Origin: an uncultured Thiotrichaceae bacterium
Lineage (GTDB): Bacteria > Pseudomonadota > Gammaproteobacteria > SZUA-229
DNA length: 64,000 nucleotides
Direction of reading: 5' to 3'
Assembly: GCA_964441285.1 (NCBI GenBank)
Contig: CAYTUK010000001.1
Location: 225,662-289,661 of the forward strand
Position numbers and translations under genes: made by a program. Shown one piece after another: positions 9,854 through 19,483 of this stretch; position 1 is the first letter of the stretch, and the number at the start of each line of letters is the position of its first letter. The notes below the pieces were generated by a model. The model had not been told where the DNA came from. It was given only the letters and a program-made list of their open reading frames with translations, and did not search any database.

Positions 9854-10666
9854 ATGAAGAAAAAATATGTATTCCCCACACTGCTAACGGCATTAATATT
9901 GTCGCCAGCTTCAGCCATTGCCGGACCTTATGCACCCGCTGTTGGGCAACCCGGTTCAACGGCAATCAATATGAATAACCCGATCATTAGTTCCTGGGCG
10001 ACCGGTTATACAAGTTATCTGCCTGGTGCGAATGTTTCATCAACCTGGCAGACACCATTAAAAGCCTTAGGTAAGGCGCAGGGAACATCCGGTGATGTTG
10101 TCAGCCTGGGAACGGGTGGGCAGATAACGCTAACTTTTAACGACCCGATTGCTAATGGTACAGGTGCTGATTTTGCGGTGTTTGAAAATAGTTTTAACAA
10201 TACCTTTCTGGAACTGGCAAAAGTAGCCGTATCCTCAGATGGAAGCAATTTTTTTACTTTCCCGACATACTCCTTAACGCCTTCAGCCGTTGGCGCATTC
10301 GGCAGTATTGATCCGACAAATATCAGTGGTCTTGCGGGTAAATATCGTCAGGGCTGGGGCACGCCGTTTGATCTTAATCTATTAAGTGGTATCCCGGCGC
10401 TGGATATCAATCATGTGTCTTATGTTCGTCTGCTTGATGTAGTGGGTAATGGTTCTATGAAAGATACTAATGGGCATCCAATTTACGATCCGTATCCTAC
10501 TACAGGCAGTGCCGGTTTTGATCTGGATGCAATCGGGGTAATGAATAGTCGTTCGACGGTGGTGCCTTTGCCTGCGGGTTTATGGTTGTTTATCAGCGGT
10601 ATGTCTTTATTAGGCTGGTTTGGTAAAAGAAAATTTTTTAAAATAGTTGAAAAAACAGGAGATTGA
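9854..10666 (+). CDS. Secreted protein with a PEP-CTERM (VPLPA-type) sorting signal
   Basis: 270-aa ORF with a signal peptide. The C-terminus reads [24 protein letters not shown], a motif followed by a TM helix and a basic cluster. Confidence 0.75.
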   Translation: MKKKYVFPTLLTALILSPASAIAGPYAPAVGQPGSTAINMNNPIISSWATGYTSYLPGANVSSTWQTPLKALGKAQGTSGDVVSLGTGGQITLTFNDPIANGTGADFAVFENSFNNTFLELAKVAVSSDGSNFFTFPTYSLTPSAVGAFGSIDPTNISGLAGKYRQGWGTPFDLNLLSGIPALDINHVSYVRLLDVVGNGSMKDTNGHPIYDPYPTTGSAGFDLDAIGVMNSRSTVVPLPAGLWLFISGMSLLGWFGKRKFFKIVEKTGD

Positions 10667-10667
10667 A

Positions 10668-11429
10668 ATGAAACAACAGTTATCTATGTCACTATTGCTT
10701 GTTGCAGGGCTTATCGCTACTTCAGCGTCGGCAAGTGTGGCAACATTTGATGATTTATCACTGCCTTCCACAGAATCCCATTACGCACCACAGGCAGCAA
10801 CTAATTTTATTAGTGGGGCGGCGAATTTTATCCATAATTTTACCAATTATGGTGGCGGCTGTTGCTGGAGTGGGTTTACCTATTCCAATATGACTGATAC
10901 TACCACTGCTGGTTATATCAATCAGTACAGTGCGGTTACCGGTGGCGGGGTAAATGGTTCAACAAATTATGCCATCTCAAACCCTGGATCATCATCGTTT
11001 TCGCGGGTTAATTTTGCTACCTCAACAAAAGTAACAGGGGCTTATTTTACTAATACCACTTACGCCTATCTGTCGATGTTAAACGGTGACAGTTTTGCCA
11101 AAAAATTTGCTCTGGGAGATTTTCTTACTTTAACCGTCAGCGGCCTTGACAGTAATAATCAGATAACAAATGCAGTTAATATCAGCCTTGCTCGTGATGC
11201 AAATCTGCTTCATCAGTGGGTCTGGGACGATCTGACACCTCTGGGTAAAGTGAATGCGTTGGAGTTTTCGCTGTCATCTTCAGATGTTGGCGCTTTCGGG
11301 ATGAATACACCTGCCTACTTCGCTATGGATAACTTAACCACGATTCCAGATGTACCCCTGCCAGCGGCTTTCTGGTTATTTGGCTCTGGGTTACTGGGTC
11401 TGGTTGGCATTGCTCGCCGCCGTTGCTAA
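10668..11429 (+). CDS. Secreted PEP-CTERM protein, DUF4465-like by motif recall
   Basis: ATG at 10668 follows AGGAG. Signal peptide, then FDDLSLPSTESHY...GGGCCWSGFTYSNMTD...NQYSAVTGGGVNGSTNYAI, and a C-terminal VPLPAAFWLFGSGLLGLVGIARRRC. Confidence 0.65.
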   Translation: MKQQLSMSLLLVAGLIATSASASVATFDDLSLPSTESHYAPQAATNFISGAANFIHNFTNYGGGCCWSGFTYSNMTDTTTAGYINQYSAVTGGGVNGSTNYAISNPGSSSFSRVNFATSTKVTGAYFTNTTYAYLSMLNGDSFAKKFALGDFLTLTVSGLDSNNQITNAVNISLARDANLLHQWVWDDLTPLGKVNALEFSLSSSDVGAFGMNTPAYFAMDNLTTIPDVPLPAAFWLFGSGLLGLVGIARRRC

Positions 11430-11490
11430 CCCTGTTTTTTATACACATCATCCCTGCCGAACAGTGATTACTAAAACGAATACTGATGCT

Positions 11491-11610
11491 CCAAGAGCGT
11501 CAGTCGCAGGGACGCGGGTGTCGGGCCGGCATGGATGTATTGACAGCGTGTCTTGAACAATAGGTGTTCTTTTTATCTGTTTCAGTAATAGGTATCCGTT
11601 TCATCCATCC
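11491..11610. repeat. MITE-like repeat, copy A (inverted relative to copies B and C, with an adjacent extra end fragment)
   Basis: ccaagagcgtcagtcgcagggacgcgggtgtc...gtcttgaacaataggtgttctttttatctgtttcagtaat aligns to the reverse complement of the copies at 34511 and 47442. A second ggtatccgtttcatcc fragment follows. Confidence 0.8.
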
Positions 11611-11676
11611 TGTTAGCATTTTCTTGGAGGAATTTTTATGTGTATTTTTTGTAGCGAATAAATTAATATCAATACT

Positions 11677-12231
11677 ATGGGGCATCGGTTAACAAAAATT
11701 TACACTCGCACAGGGGATGATGGAACAACTGGTCTGGCGAATGGTTCACGTATACCAAAAGATGATTCCCTGCTACACGCAATGGGTGATGTGGATGAAT
11801 TAAACAGCCAGCTGGCTGTATTACGATCACATATTTCCGGGCAGCTCGCACAACCAGTAACAATTATCCAGAATGAATTATTTAATATTGGCGCTGAACT
11901 GGCAATGGGCGAATGCTTTATTCAGCCATTGCATGTTGACTGGCTGGAACAGTCGCTGGATGATTTAAACACCGGGTTGCCACCATTGAAAGAATTTATT
12001 CTACCCGGTGGTGGACTGGCCGCCTCACATTGCCATATTGCAAGAGCCATTTGTCGACGTGCGGAACGTACCCTGGTTGGGGTTAACCGAGAGAAAGCGT
12101 TGAATAAGTGCTTGATGGCATACTTAAATCGCCTGTCTGATTTTCTATTTGTGCTGGCCCGTGTGATTAGTAAAGCAGCCGGTGAGAAAGAAGTTTACTG
12201 GCAGTCTGACAGGCTAAAACAGGGTAATTAA
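11677..12231 (+). CDS. PduO-type ATP:cob(I)alamin adenosyltransferase
   Basis: 184-aa ORF. KIYTRTGDDGTTGLANGSRIPKDD...GDVDELNSQL is the canonical N-terminus of this family. Confidence 0.9.
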   Translation: MGHRLTKIYTRTGDDGTTGLANGSRIPKDDSLLHAMGDVDELNSQLAVLRSHISGQLAQPVTIIQNELFNIGAELAMGECFIQPLHVDWLEQSLDDLNTGLPPLKEFILPGGGLAASHCHIARAICRRAERTLVGVNREKALNKCLMAYLNRLSDFLFVLARVISKAAGEKEVYWQSDRLKQGN

Positions 12232-12270
12232 ATTTTTCGCTGATCCTTAACGGGGCAGTCGTGATATTTT

Positions 12271-13179
12271 ATGATAAGAATTGGCATTGATTTAGGTGGT
12301 ACAAAAATTGAAGGCATTGCTCTGTCGGAAGCCGGCGATGAAATATATCGCCGACGAATTGCCACCCCACAAGGTAATTATTCGGCAACATTACGAGGTA
12401 TTGTTGATTTGATTTCAACTATCGAAGCACAGACGCAGCAAGGCGGAAGCATTGGTATCTGTACGCCGGGTGCGTTGTCGCCAGTGACAGGTTTGATGCG
12501 TAATTCTAACTCGGTCTGTATGAATGGTCAGCCAGTGCAAAAAGATTTACAGGATTTATTAAACAGAGACATTCGTCTTGCCAATGATGCAAACTGTTTT
12601 GCCTTATCGGAAGCAACGGATGGCGTAGCAAAAAATTGTTCTATAGTATTTGGTGTTATTATTGGCACCGGTACAGGTGCAGGTATTGTTATTGATAAAA
12701 AAGTATTGTCTGGATCTAATGCAATTGCTGGTGAATGGGGACACAATCCATTGCCCTGGCCGGAGGATGTGGAATTACCTGGTGGCGAATGTTATTGCGG
12801 TAAAAATGGTTGTATTGAAACCTGGCTATCAGGGCCGGGTATGGTGCGAGATCATGAGCTACACAATAATGTCTTTGTTGACCCTGAAACGCTGGTTAAA
12901 CAGGCGCGTTTTGGTGATGAAGATGCCAGCGAAACACTGCAGCGTTATGAAAGCCGTTTAGCTAGAAGCTTGGCATACATAATCAATATTTTAGACCCGG
13001 ATGCGATTGTGCTGGGTGGTGGCATGGGTAACATAAAACGTCTGTATAAAAATGTTCCTGAATTATGGGGTGAGTATATTTTCTCTGCTGGGGTAACTAC
13101 ACAATTGCTGGCACCGGATCACGGCGATTCATCGGGTGTTCGTGGTGCTGCCTGGTTATGGAACGCTCAGATTTCCTAG
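12271..13179 (+). CDS. mak: ROK-family sugar kinase (fructokinase/mannokinase, Mak/YajF-like)
   Basis: 302-aa ORF, near-colinear with E. coli Mak as I recall it: MIRIGIDLGGTKIE, ANDANCFALSEA, GEWGHNPLPW, the zinc motif CYCGKNGCIETWLSG, and GDSSGVRGAAWLW. Confidence 0.85.
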   Translation: MIRIGIDLGGTKIEGIALSEAGDEIYRRRIATPQGNYSATLRGIVDLISTIEAQTQQGGSIGICTPGALSPVTGLMRNSNSVCMNGQPVQKDLQDLLNRDIRLANDANCFALSEATDGVAKNCSIVFGVIIGTGTGAGIVIDKKVLSGSNAIAGEWGHNPLPWPEDVELPGGECYCGKNGCIETWLSGPGMVRDHELHNNVFVDPETLVKQARFGDEDASETLQRYESRLARSLAYIINILDPDAIVLGGGMGNIKRLYKNVPELWGEYIFSAGVTTQLLAPDHGDSSGVRGAAWLWNAQIS

Positions 13180-13187
13180 GTCTATCT

Positions 13188-14396
13188 ATGAACACAATAA
13201 ATACACCATCAAACACACAGACAGGCACCCATATAAGCTCGGTCTATGGATGTTATCGTTTACAACGATACCCTGTTATAAAAAAAGAAACATTACGTGC
13301 ATGGGATGCTGCCGATGAATATTTATTACAGTATCTTGCGGATAATAACTTAGCTGATACTGGAGCCTCGCTATTAATTCTCAATGATGGTTTTGGTGGT
13401 TTATCGATACCCTTGCATCGTCTTAACCCAGTGGTGATGACGGATTCCTGGTTGACGATGCAGGCTATTGCAGAAAATATGAAAATAAACCAGCTTGATG
13501 ATGAGGCAATAACCTTTGTTGATAGTCTGGATTTACCCGACAATATCCGGGCGAAGAAAATTGATATTATCTTAATTAAATTGCCTAAATCGCTAGCCAT
13601 GGTTGAAGATCAGTTGCAGCGTATTCGTGCAGTGCTAAATCCGGCAACAAAAATTATTGCAGCGGGTATGTCAAAACATATCCATGTTTCTACACTAAAG
13701 TTGTTTGAGAAAATAATTGGACCGACGAAAACATCGCTGGCACGTAAAAAAGCGCGGTTAATTTTTAGTCAGTTCGATGAAGCTTTAACCGTTGCCGATA
13801 ATGCATACCCTTGTGTATATAAATTACCTTATAAACTGGATGATGTAGAAATAGAGGTGATGAATCATGCCGGTGTGTTTTCTACAGAAAAGCTTGATGT
13901 CGGTACGCGGCTTTTATTAGAAAATATTCCTGCTGATAAGCAATATAAATCTATTGTTGATTTGGGGTGTGGTAATGGTGTGGCAGGTTTAATTGCAGCA
14001 CTAAAAAATTCACAGGCGAAGCTATTTTTTACTGATGAGTCTTATATGGCGATCAAGTCATCAATGGCTAATTTTTTATCTGTTTTTAGCGAATCACGTG
14101 AAGCAGAATTTTTGCAGACTGATTGTTTGCAGGGTATTGCTGATAACAGTATTTCACTGGTTTTATGTAATCCACCTTTTCATCAAAATAATGCAGTCAA
14201 TGATAAAGTTGCCTGGCAAATGTTTTCTGAAGCTAAAGCCGCGTTGGAAGATAAAGGTGAATTGTGGGTTATTGGTAATCGGCACCTGGCTTACCATGCA
14301 AAGTTGAAAAAAATATTTGGTAACTGCAATGTTATTGCAAATAATAAAAAGTTCGTGCTACTAAAAATGATAAAAATACAGGTGGTGGAAAAGTAG
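13188..14396 (+). CDS. rlmG: 23S rRNA (guanine-N2)-methyltransferase RlmG-like
   Basis: ATG at 13188 lies just after the mak stop. LQRYP...LRAWDAADEYLLQYL, DLGCGNGV, LCNPPFHQ and KLKKIFGNCNVIANNKKFVLLK match E. coli RlmG as I recall it. Confidence 0.85.
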   Translation: MNTINTPSNTQTGTHISSVYGCYRLQRYPVIKKETLRAWDAADEYLLQYLADNNLADTGASLLILNDGFGGLSIPLHRLNPVVMTDSWLTMQAIAENMKINQLDDEAITFVDSLDLPDNIRAKKIDIILIKLPKSLAMVEDQLQRIRAVLNPATKIIAAGMSKHIHVSTLKLFEKIIGPTKTSLARKKARLIFSQFDEALTVADNAYPCVYKLPYKLDDVEIEVMNHAGVFSTEKLDVGTRLLLENIPADKQYKSIVDLGCGNGVAGLIAALKNSQAKLFFTDESYMAIKSSMANFLSVFSESREAEFLQTDCLQGIADNSISLVLCNPPFHQNNAVNDKVAWQMFSEAKAALEDKGELWVIGNRHLAYHAKLKKIFGNCNVIANNKKFVLLKMIKIQVVEK

Positions 14397-14458
14397 ATAA
14401 TAGAAAATATTGCGTTAATGAAATAGCAGTGATCAGATAAGAGGGGAAGATATAGTCG

Positions 14459-14848
14459 TTACTGGTTGGAAAGTCTAGATGTTTTCTTGATTAAAACTAC
14501 GACTGCCAGAAAAAATAATACGCTGGTGATCACAATACTATTAGTTTTTAGATCAGGTGGAAATATTAATATAAATTTTTTACCCTTGATAAGGGATGAA
14601 TAGCTTGAGACACAAAAAGGGATAAGAAACAGGCGCATGGTTTGCCATCGGTCCAGCGTTTTTAAACTTACTGGCCAGCAGGTGGTACTGATAACCAGTG
14701 CGGCACCGACGATTAATGCAATGCCAAGTGAGGAAAACCAAAGGTGTGGGCTGGCGTCAAAATAGAGAACAGTGATGGCCAGGTACCAGATAAAATAACT
14801 CCAGAGTAATTGCTGGCCTAGACTTAAAGTTTTTAAATAACACAGCAT
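14459..14848 (-). CDS. Small integral membrane protein of unknown function
   Basis: The ORF 14459-14887 is trimmed to the Met at 14848, just after the upstream stop. About 4 hydrophobic helices. Confidence 0.55.
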   Translation of the reverse strand: MLCYLKTLSLGQQLLWSYFIWYLAITVLYFDASPHLWFSSLGIALIVGAALVISTTCWPVSLKTLDRWQTMRLFLIPFCVSSYSSLIKGKKFILIFPPDLKTNSIVITSVLFFLAVVVLIKKTSRLSNQ

Positions 14849-14852
14849 GGTT

Positions 14853-16436
14853 TTACCAACTTTCGGCGGTGGCATTTTTCCAGTCATATTGCCAGTTATC
14901 GGGTAAGTTTTCAGCGCAAAGCAAACAGTTATGACCGATTGCTGGGTAAAGTTCTGCGTAGTTTGCTATCGTGGTACCATTTACGCGGCGATTGATATGG
15001 ATGGGTTTTAATTCTTCCAGACGTTTAATGCCACTGGCTCCAAGTAATTCAGTTAAATTTTTAACCGTTGAGTTGTGGTAGTTAGCCACACGTTGTCCTT
15101 TATTATCAATATTTAGTGCTTTGTAACGTGCTGGATCCTGGGTGGCGATACCCGTGGGACACTTATCAGTGTTACAGATGCGTGACTGAATACAGCCTAA
15201 CGCCAGCATCATTCCGCGTGCGCTGTTTATCGTGTCAGCACCTAATGCCAGCATCCGGGCCATATGAAAGGCAGTAAATATTTTGCCTGAAGCAATAAGG
15301 CGGATCTTATCGCGCAGGCCAAAACCGAGCAGGGCGCTGTTGACAAATATAATCGCGTCACGCAATGGTGTGCCAACCGAATTAGTTAGTTCAATAGGTG
15401 CTGCGCCAGTGCCGCCTTCACCACCGTCGACAGTAATAAAATCTGGCATAATACCCGTTTCCAGCATCGCTTTGCAGATGGCCAGAAATTCACTTCTTTT
15501 ACCCAGGCAGAGTTTAAATCCAATGGGTTTCCCGCCAGACAGTGTTCTTAATTTGCTGACAAAGTTGAGCAAACCTTTCGGGGTGTTGAATGCTGAATGT
15601 GCTGCTGGAGAAATGACATCATGGCCCATTGGTACATGACGAATTTCAGCGATCTCTCTGGTTAGTTTGGCCGCCGGCAAAATTCCGCCATGACCAGGTT
15701 TTGCGCCCTGGGAGAGCTTAATCTCGATCATTTTAACGCCATCAAGCTGCGCCTTTTTGGTGAATAGGTTTTCATCAAAATTACCGGCCTGATTTCGGCA
15801 ACCAAAATAGCCCGTACCGATTTGCCAGATAAGATCGCCGCCATATTTAAGGTGGTAAGGGCTTAGTCCACCCTCACCTGTATTGTGTGCAAAGTTACCA
15901 ATTTTTGCACCTTTGTTTAACGCCATAATTGCGTGTTTGCTTAAAGCGCCAAAGCTCATGGCCGAGATATTCAGTGGTGAGGCACTGTAGGGTTTTAAAC
16001 AGTCTGAGCCGCCAAACTTAATGCGCGGGTGTGTGTCTTCAATATGGAAGGGTAGCAAGGAATGGTTCATCCATTCATAACCTGTTCGATAAACATCAAA
16101 CTGAGTGCCGAAAGGGCGAGTATCGCGAACATTTTTTGCGCGCTGATAAACCAGTGCACGAAACTCACGATTGATTGGCCGGCCATTGATATTGGATTCA
16201 ACAAAATATTGCTGTATTTCTGGACGTATGGATTCAAATAGATAACGGAAATGACCGATAACAGGGTAAAGACGAAGAATAGTGTGTTTTACCTGAATGA
16301 AGTCATATATCCCCAGCAGGATAATGGGGCCGATAAAAATAAAGCCATAATAGAATCCTGCCCAGTTAGTAGCAAGCAGCAATAGCATGGCCGCTATCAA
16401 TATAGAAAAAATAATAAAACCCTGACGTACACTCAT
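14853..16436 (-). CDS. Membrane-anchored FMN-binding glutamate synthase family protein (GltB domain-2-like), paralog 1
   Basis: 527-aa ORF with an N-terminal TM segment, YPVIGHFRY, ISAMSFGALS, KLSQGAKPGHGG and TVDGGEGGTGAAP. Confidence 0.85.
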   Translation of the reverse strand: MSVRQGFIIFSILIAAMLLLLATNWAGFYYGFIFIGPIILLGIYDFIQVKHTILRLYPVIGHFRYLFESIRPEIQQYFVESNINGRPINREFRALVYQRAKNVRDTRPFGTQFDVYRTGYEWMNHSLLPFHIEDTHPRIKFGGSDCLKPYSASPLNISAMSFGALSKHAIMALNKGAKIGNFAHNTGEGGLSPYHLKYGGDLIWQIGTGYFGCRNQAGNFDENLFTKKAQLDGVKMIEIKLSQGAKPGHGGILPAAKLTREIAEIRHVPMGHDVISPAAHSAFNTPKGLLNFVSKLRTLSGGKPIGFKLCLGKRSEFLAICKAMLETGIMPDFITVDGGEGGTGAAPIELTNSVGTPLRDAIIFVNSALLGFGLRDKIRLIASGKIFTAFHMARMLALGADTINSARGMMLALGCIQSRICNTDKCPTGIATQDPARYKALNIDNKGQRVANYHNSTVKNLTELLGASGIKRLEELKPIHINRRVNGTTIANYAELYPAIGHNCLLCAENLPDNWQYDWKNATAESW

Positions 16437-16518
16437 TGGCTAACCCCGGTTGGTATAAATGGTTTTTTAATGACTATTTTTTTGTCTGTAAGTTCTTAAT
16501 TTTATAGTTATGATTATC

Positions 16519-16539
16519 GGTATCCTTTTCATCTATCTG
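16519..16539. repeat. Solo end-fragment of the MITE-like repeat (copy G)
   Basis: ggtatccttttcatctatctg in the intergenic region matches the terminal-repeat core of the family. Confidence 0.5.
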
Positions 16540-16780
16540 GTTAGTCTGTTTTTTAAGGCAGCATGAATTTGGATGTTATTGTAGTTGATGTTTTTTATTT
16601 GTCGATAATGGCGCGGGTATAAATCTTTTTACCCAAGCCCATCATAGAGTATATATTATGTTAGGCTTGTCTGTAACAGGGACGCACAAGACAAGTTTTT
16701 TCCTGGCTGCTTAAATTTTGTCAGAGAAAATTCGTGTCTTCGTGGTACATGCGGAACCTAAATTAATACCGAGTTGTATT

Positions 16781-17419
16781 ATGAATTTAGTAAATATTAT
16801 GAAGTGGCTGAGTGGTTTTCTACGCAACGGCGTCATGGTTCTTATTAGTCTAGGTGTGGCCTCACCTTTAGCCATGGGTGCGCATAATGCAGTGCAGAAA
16901 ATTGTTAAGCAAAATTGCGGCGCATGTCATGGCATTAATGGTAATAGTGTTGCGCCGATCTATCCAAAGTTGGCCGCTCAGACACCCGCTTATATAACAA
17001 AACAATTGCATGACTTTACTGATGGCGTACGTACCAGTCCAGTCATGTCCGGTATAGCGAAAGCACTTTCTAATACACAAATTCAACAGCTGGCGCAATA
17101 CTTTTCGCAACAAACCAATATCAATAAAGCCCGACCGAATATACCGTTGGTGGCTCAAGGTGAAAAAATCTTTCGGGGTGGTGTGATCGCCCGGGGTGTT
17201 CCGGCCTGCGCTGCCTGTCACGGCCCTGCAGCCATTGGCTTGCCACCGCTCTATCCACGCCTGGCCGGGCAAAATCCGCCTTATGTCGAGAGTCAACTGC
17301 TGGCGTTTCGTAGCAAGAAGCGAAGTAATGATTTACACGCAATGATGCGTGATATCGCAGGCAAACTGACTGCGCAGCAAATTAAGGCGGTTGCAGCCTA
17401 CCTGGGTTCGTTACCTTAA
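16781..17419 (+). CDS. Dihaem cytochrome c4
   Basis: Two CxxCH motifs (CGACHG, CAACHG), each followed by YPKLAGQ/YPRLAGQ and YI..QL..F. Signal peptide from the ATG at 16781. Confidence 0.88.
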   Translation: MNLVNIMKWLSGFLRNGVMVLISLGVASPLAMGAHNAVQKIVKQNCGACHGINGNSVAPIYPKLAAQTPAYITKQLHDFTDGVRTSPVMSGIAKALSNTQIQQLAQYFSQQTNINKARPNIPLVAQGEKIFRGGVIARGVPACAACHGPAAIGLPPLYPRLAGQNPPYVESQLLAFRSKKRSNDLHAMMRDIAGKLTAQQIKAVAAYLGSLP

Positions 17420-17592
17420 TCCTTCTCGTGCAAATATTACGCTTAAAAATCGTGTGAGATAGACGTGTAGGATAGATATGTGTTCAAGTTTTGATGATAA
17501 TTTGATTGCTGGCTGTATGTTAAGGACTCAATGCAGCGCCTGAATAAATTAAAACTTCCGCCAGAGTTTTGAAACTAAAAGGCCAGAAATTT

Positions 17593-18231
17593 ATGAACAA
17601 AAAAAAGGATAAGAATAAAAGCGATGTAGAACATCAGGTTCTGAGCCAGAAAGAACGCTCAAAGCGACGTTTTCTGAGCGCAGCAACGGCTGCTGTTGGT
17701 ACTGCCGGTGTTGGGGTGTTAGCGGTGCCATTTATTAAAAGTCTGGAGCCCGATGCAGCCGCTGCGGCAGCTTCGGTCATCACGGTTGATATATCAGGGA
17801 TACCGCCGGGCGGGCATCTCACAACAAGCTGGCAGCAAAAACCGCTTCTTATTGCCAATCGAACACCAGAAATGCTGGCGACATTAAGCCAGATGAATTC
17901 TCAGCTGAAAGATCCAGATAATAAGGTTCCTCAGCAACCTCCTTATGCACAAAATATTTATCGTTCACGGAAGCCGGAATGGTTGATTATGATGCAGGTT
18001 TGTACTCACCTGTGCTGTTCTCCTGCTTATAAACCGAGAAAGGGGACGGTGAGCCCTACCTGGTTGGGCGGCTTCCATTGTGCCTGCCATGGCTCACTGT
18101 ATGATTTATCCGGCAGGGTAATGTTTGGTTCGCCGGCACCTGCAAATATGGTCATTCCCCAATATATGTTCACTGATGATGGGAAATCGGTGCAGATTAC
18201 CGGCCTCGAAAAGAAATCCAAGCTATGTTAA
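17593..18231 (+). CDS. petA: Ubiquinol-cytochrome c reductase Rieske iron-sulfur subunit
   Basis: Tat-like signal SKRRFLSAATAAVG, Rieske boxes CTHLCC and CACHGS, located upstream of the cytochrome b and c1 genes. Confidence 0.88.
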   Translation: MNKKKDKNKSDVEHQVLSQKERSKRRFLSAATAAVGTAGVGVLAVPFIKSLEPDAAAAAASVITVDISGIPPGGHLTTSWQQKPLLIANRTPEMLATLSQMNSQLKDPDNKVPQQPPYAQNIYRSRKPEWLIMMQVCTHLCCSPAYKPRKGTVSPTWLGGFHCACHGSLYDLSGRVMFGSPAPANMVIPQYMFTDDGKSVQITGLEKKSKLC

Positions 18232-18265
18232 AAATATCCTTGCAATGGTAAATCAGGAGTAGACG

Positions 18266-19483
18266 ATGAGTAAAAACCATAGTTTCTGGACGTGGATTAA
18301 CGAAAGGTTACCCGTAAGCAGTTTTTTGAAAGCCTCAGTAACCGAATACTATGCGCCTAAGAACTTTAATTTCTGGTATTTTTTTGGTTCACTGGCACTT
18401 CTGGTTCTTATCTCACAGATTTTTTCAGGAATTTTCCTGCTGACACACTATCATAGTGATGCGAATCGGGCCTTTGATTCGGTGCAGGGTATCATGTTTG
18501 ACGTAAAATGGGGATGGTTAATTCGCTATATTCATACCACCGGTGCTTCGATGTTTTTTCTGGTGATTTACTTACACATATCTCGAGCATTTCTTTATGG
18601 CTCTTCTCGTAAACCGCGTGAATTGCTGTGGATTATCGGTTGGGTTATTTATATCGTGCTTATGGCAGAGGCGTATTTTGGTTATGTACTGCCGTTTGGG
18701 AACATGTCCTACTGGGGTGGGGAAGTCATTACCTCTATTATTGGTGCCATCCCCGTTATCGGTGACTGGCTGGTTTCGATTGTCCGCGGTGGGCCTGGTT
18801 TAGGCGGGGCAACACTCACGCGTTTTATGGCCTTTCATGTTGTCCTTATTCCGCTGCTACTGATTGTGCTTGTCGTTTTACATCTGGTGGCACTACATAA
18901 AGTAGGGTCCAATAATCCTGATGGTATAGAAATTTCGAAAAAACTCGATGCGAAAGGCATTCCTCTGGATGGCATCCCTTTCCACCCTTATTATACGGTG
19001 AAAGATCTCTATGGTGTCGGCGTGTTTCTGACTCTGTTTGCGATGATTATCCTGTTTGCACCGACCTTGCATGGTCTGATTATTGAGTACGATAATTACA
19101 TTCCGGCCAACCCGTTACAGACACCCGCCGATGTTACACCGGCATGGTATCTCTCTCCGTATTACGCAATACTGCGTTCAATACCCGATAAAGGGCTCGG
19201 TATCCTTATGCTGGGCTTAGCCATAGTATTTCCATTTTTTCTCCCCTGGTTAGACCGTTGTCCAGCTAAATCAGTACGCTATCGCCCCGTTTATTTTGGT
19301 ATGTTGATTGTACTGGCTATTGCATTATTGGTATTGGGCTGGATTGGGATGCAACCAGCCAACCCGGCACTGCTGCCGCCTGCACGCATTGCGCTGGGGG
19401 TGTATATCGGCTTTTTTATATTGCTACCCGTTGTTAGCCAACTTGAACCGGTTCGACCAGTACCAGACAGGGTGAAATCATGA
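18266..19483 (+). CDS. petB: Cytochrome b of the bc1 complex
   Basis: 405-aa polytopic ORF with NFNFWYFFGSLAL, IRYIHTTGASMFF, and PEWY replaced by PAWYLSPYYAILR. Confidence 0.93.
   Translation: MSKNHSFWTWINERLPVSSFLKASVTEYYAPKNFNFWYFFGSLALLVLISQIFSGIFLLTHYHSDANRAFDSVQGIMFDVKWGWLIRYIHTTGASMFFLVIYLHISRAFLYGSSRKPRELLWIIGWVIYIVLMAEAYFGYVLPFGNMSYWGGEVITSIIGAIPVIGDWLVSIVRGGPGLGGATLTRFMAFHVVLIPLLLIVLVVLHLVALHKVGSNNPDGIEISKKLDAKGIPLDGIPFHPYYTVKDLYGVGVFLTLFAMIILFAPTLHGLIIEYDNYIPANPLQTPADVTPAWYLSPYYAILRSIPDKGLGILMLGLAIVFPFFLPWLDRCPAKSVRYRPVYFGMLIVLAIALLVLGWIGMQPANPALLPPARIALGVYIGFFILLPVVSQLEPVRPVPDRVKS

Noticed and set aside
11350-11863. ORFs 11350-11556 (+), 11500-11685 (-) and 11675-11863 (-)
   Set aside because: The first two run through the MITE-like repeat copy A. 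The third is antisense to the PduO-type adenosyltransferase gene. No coding features.
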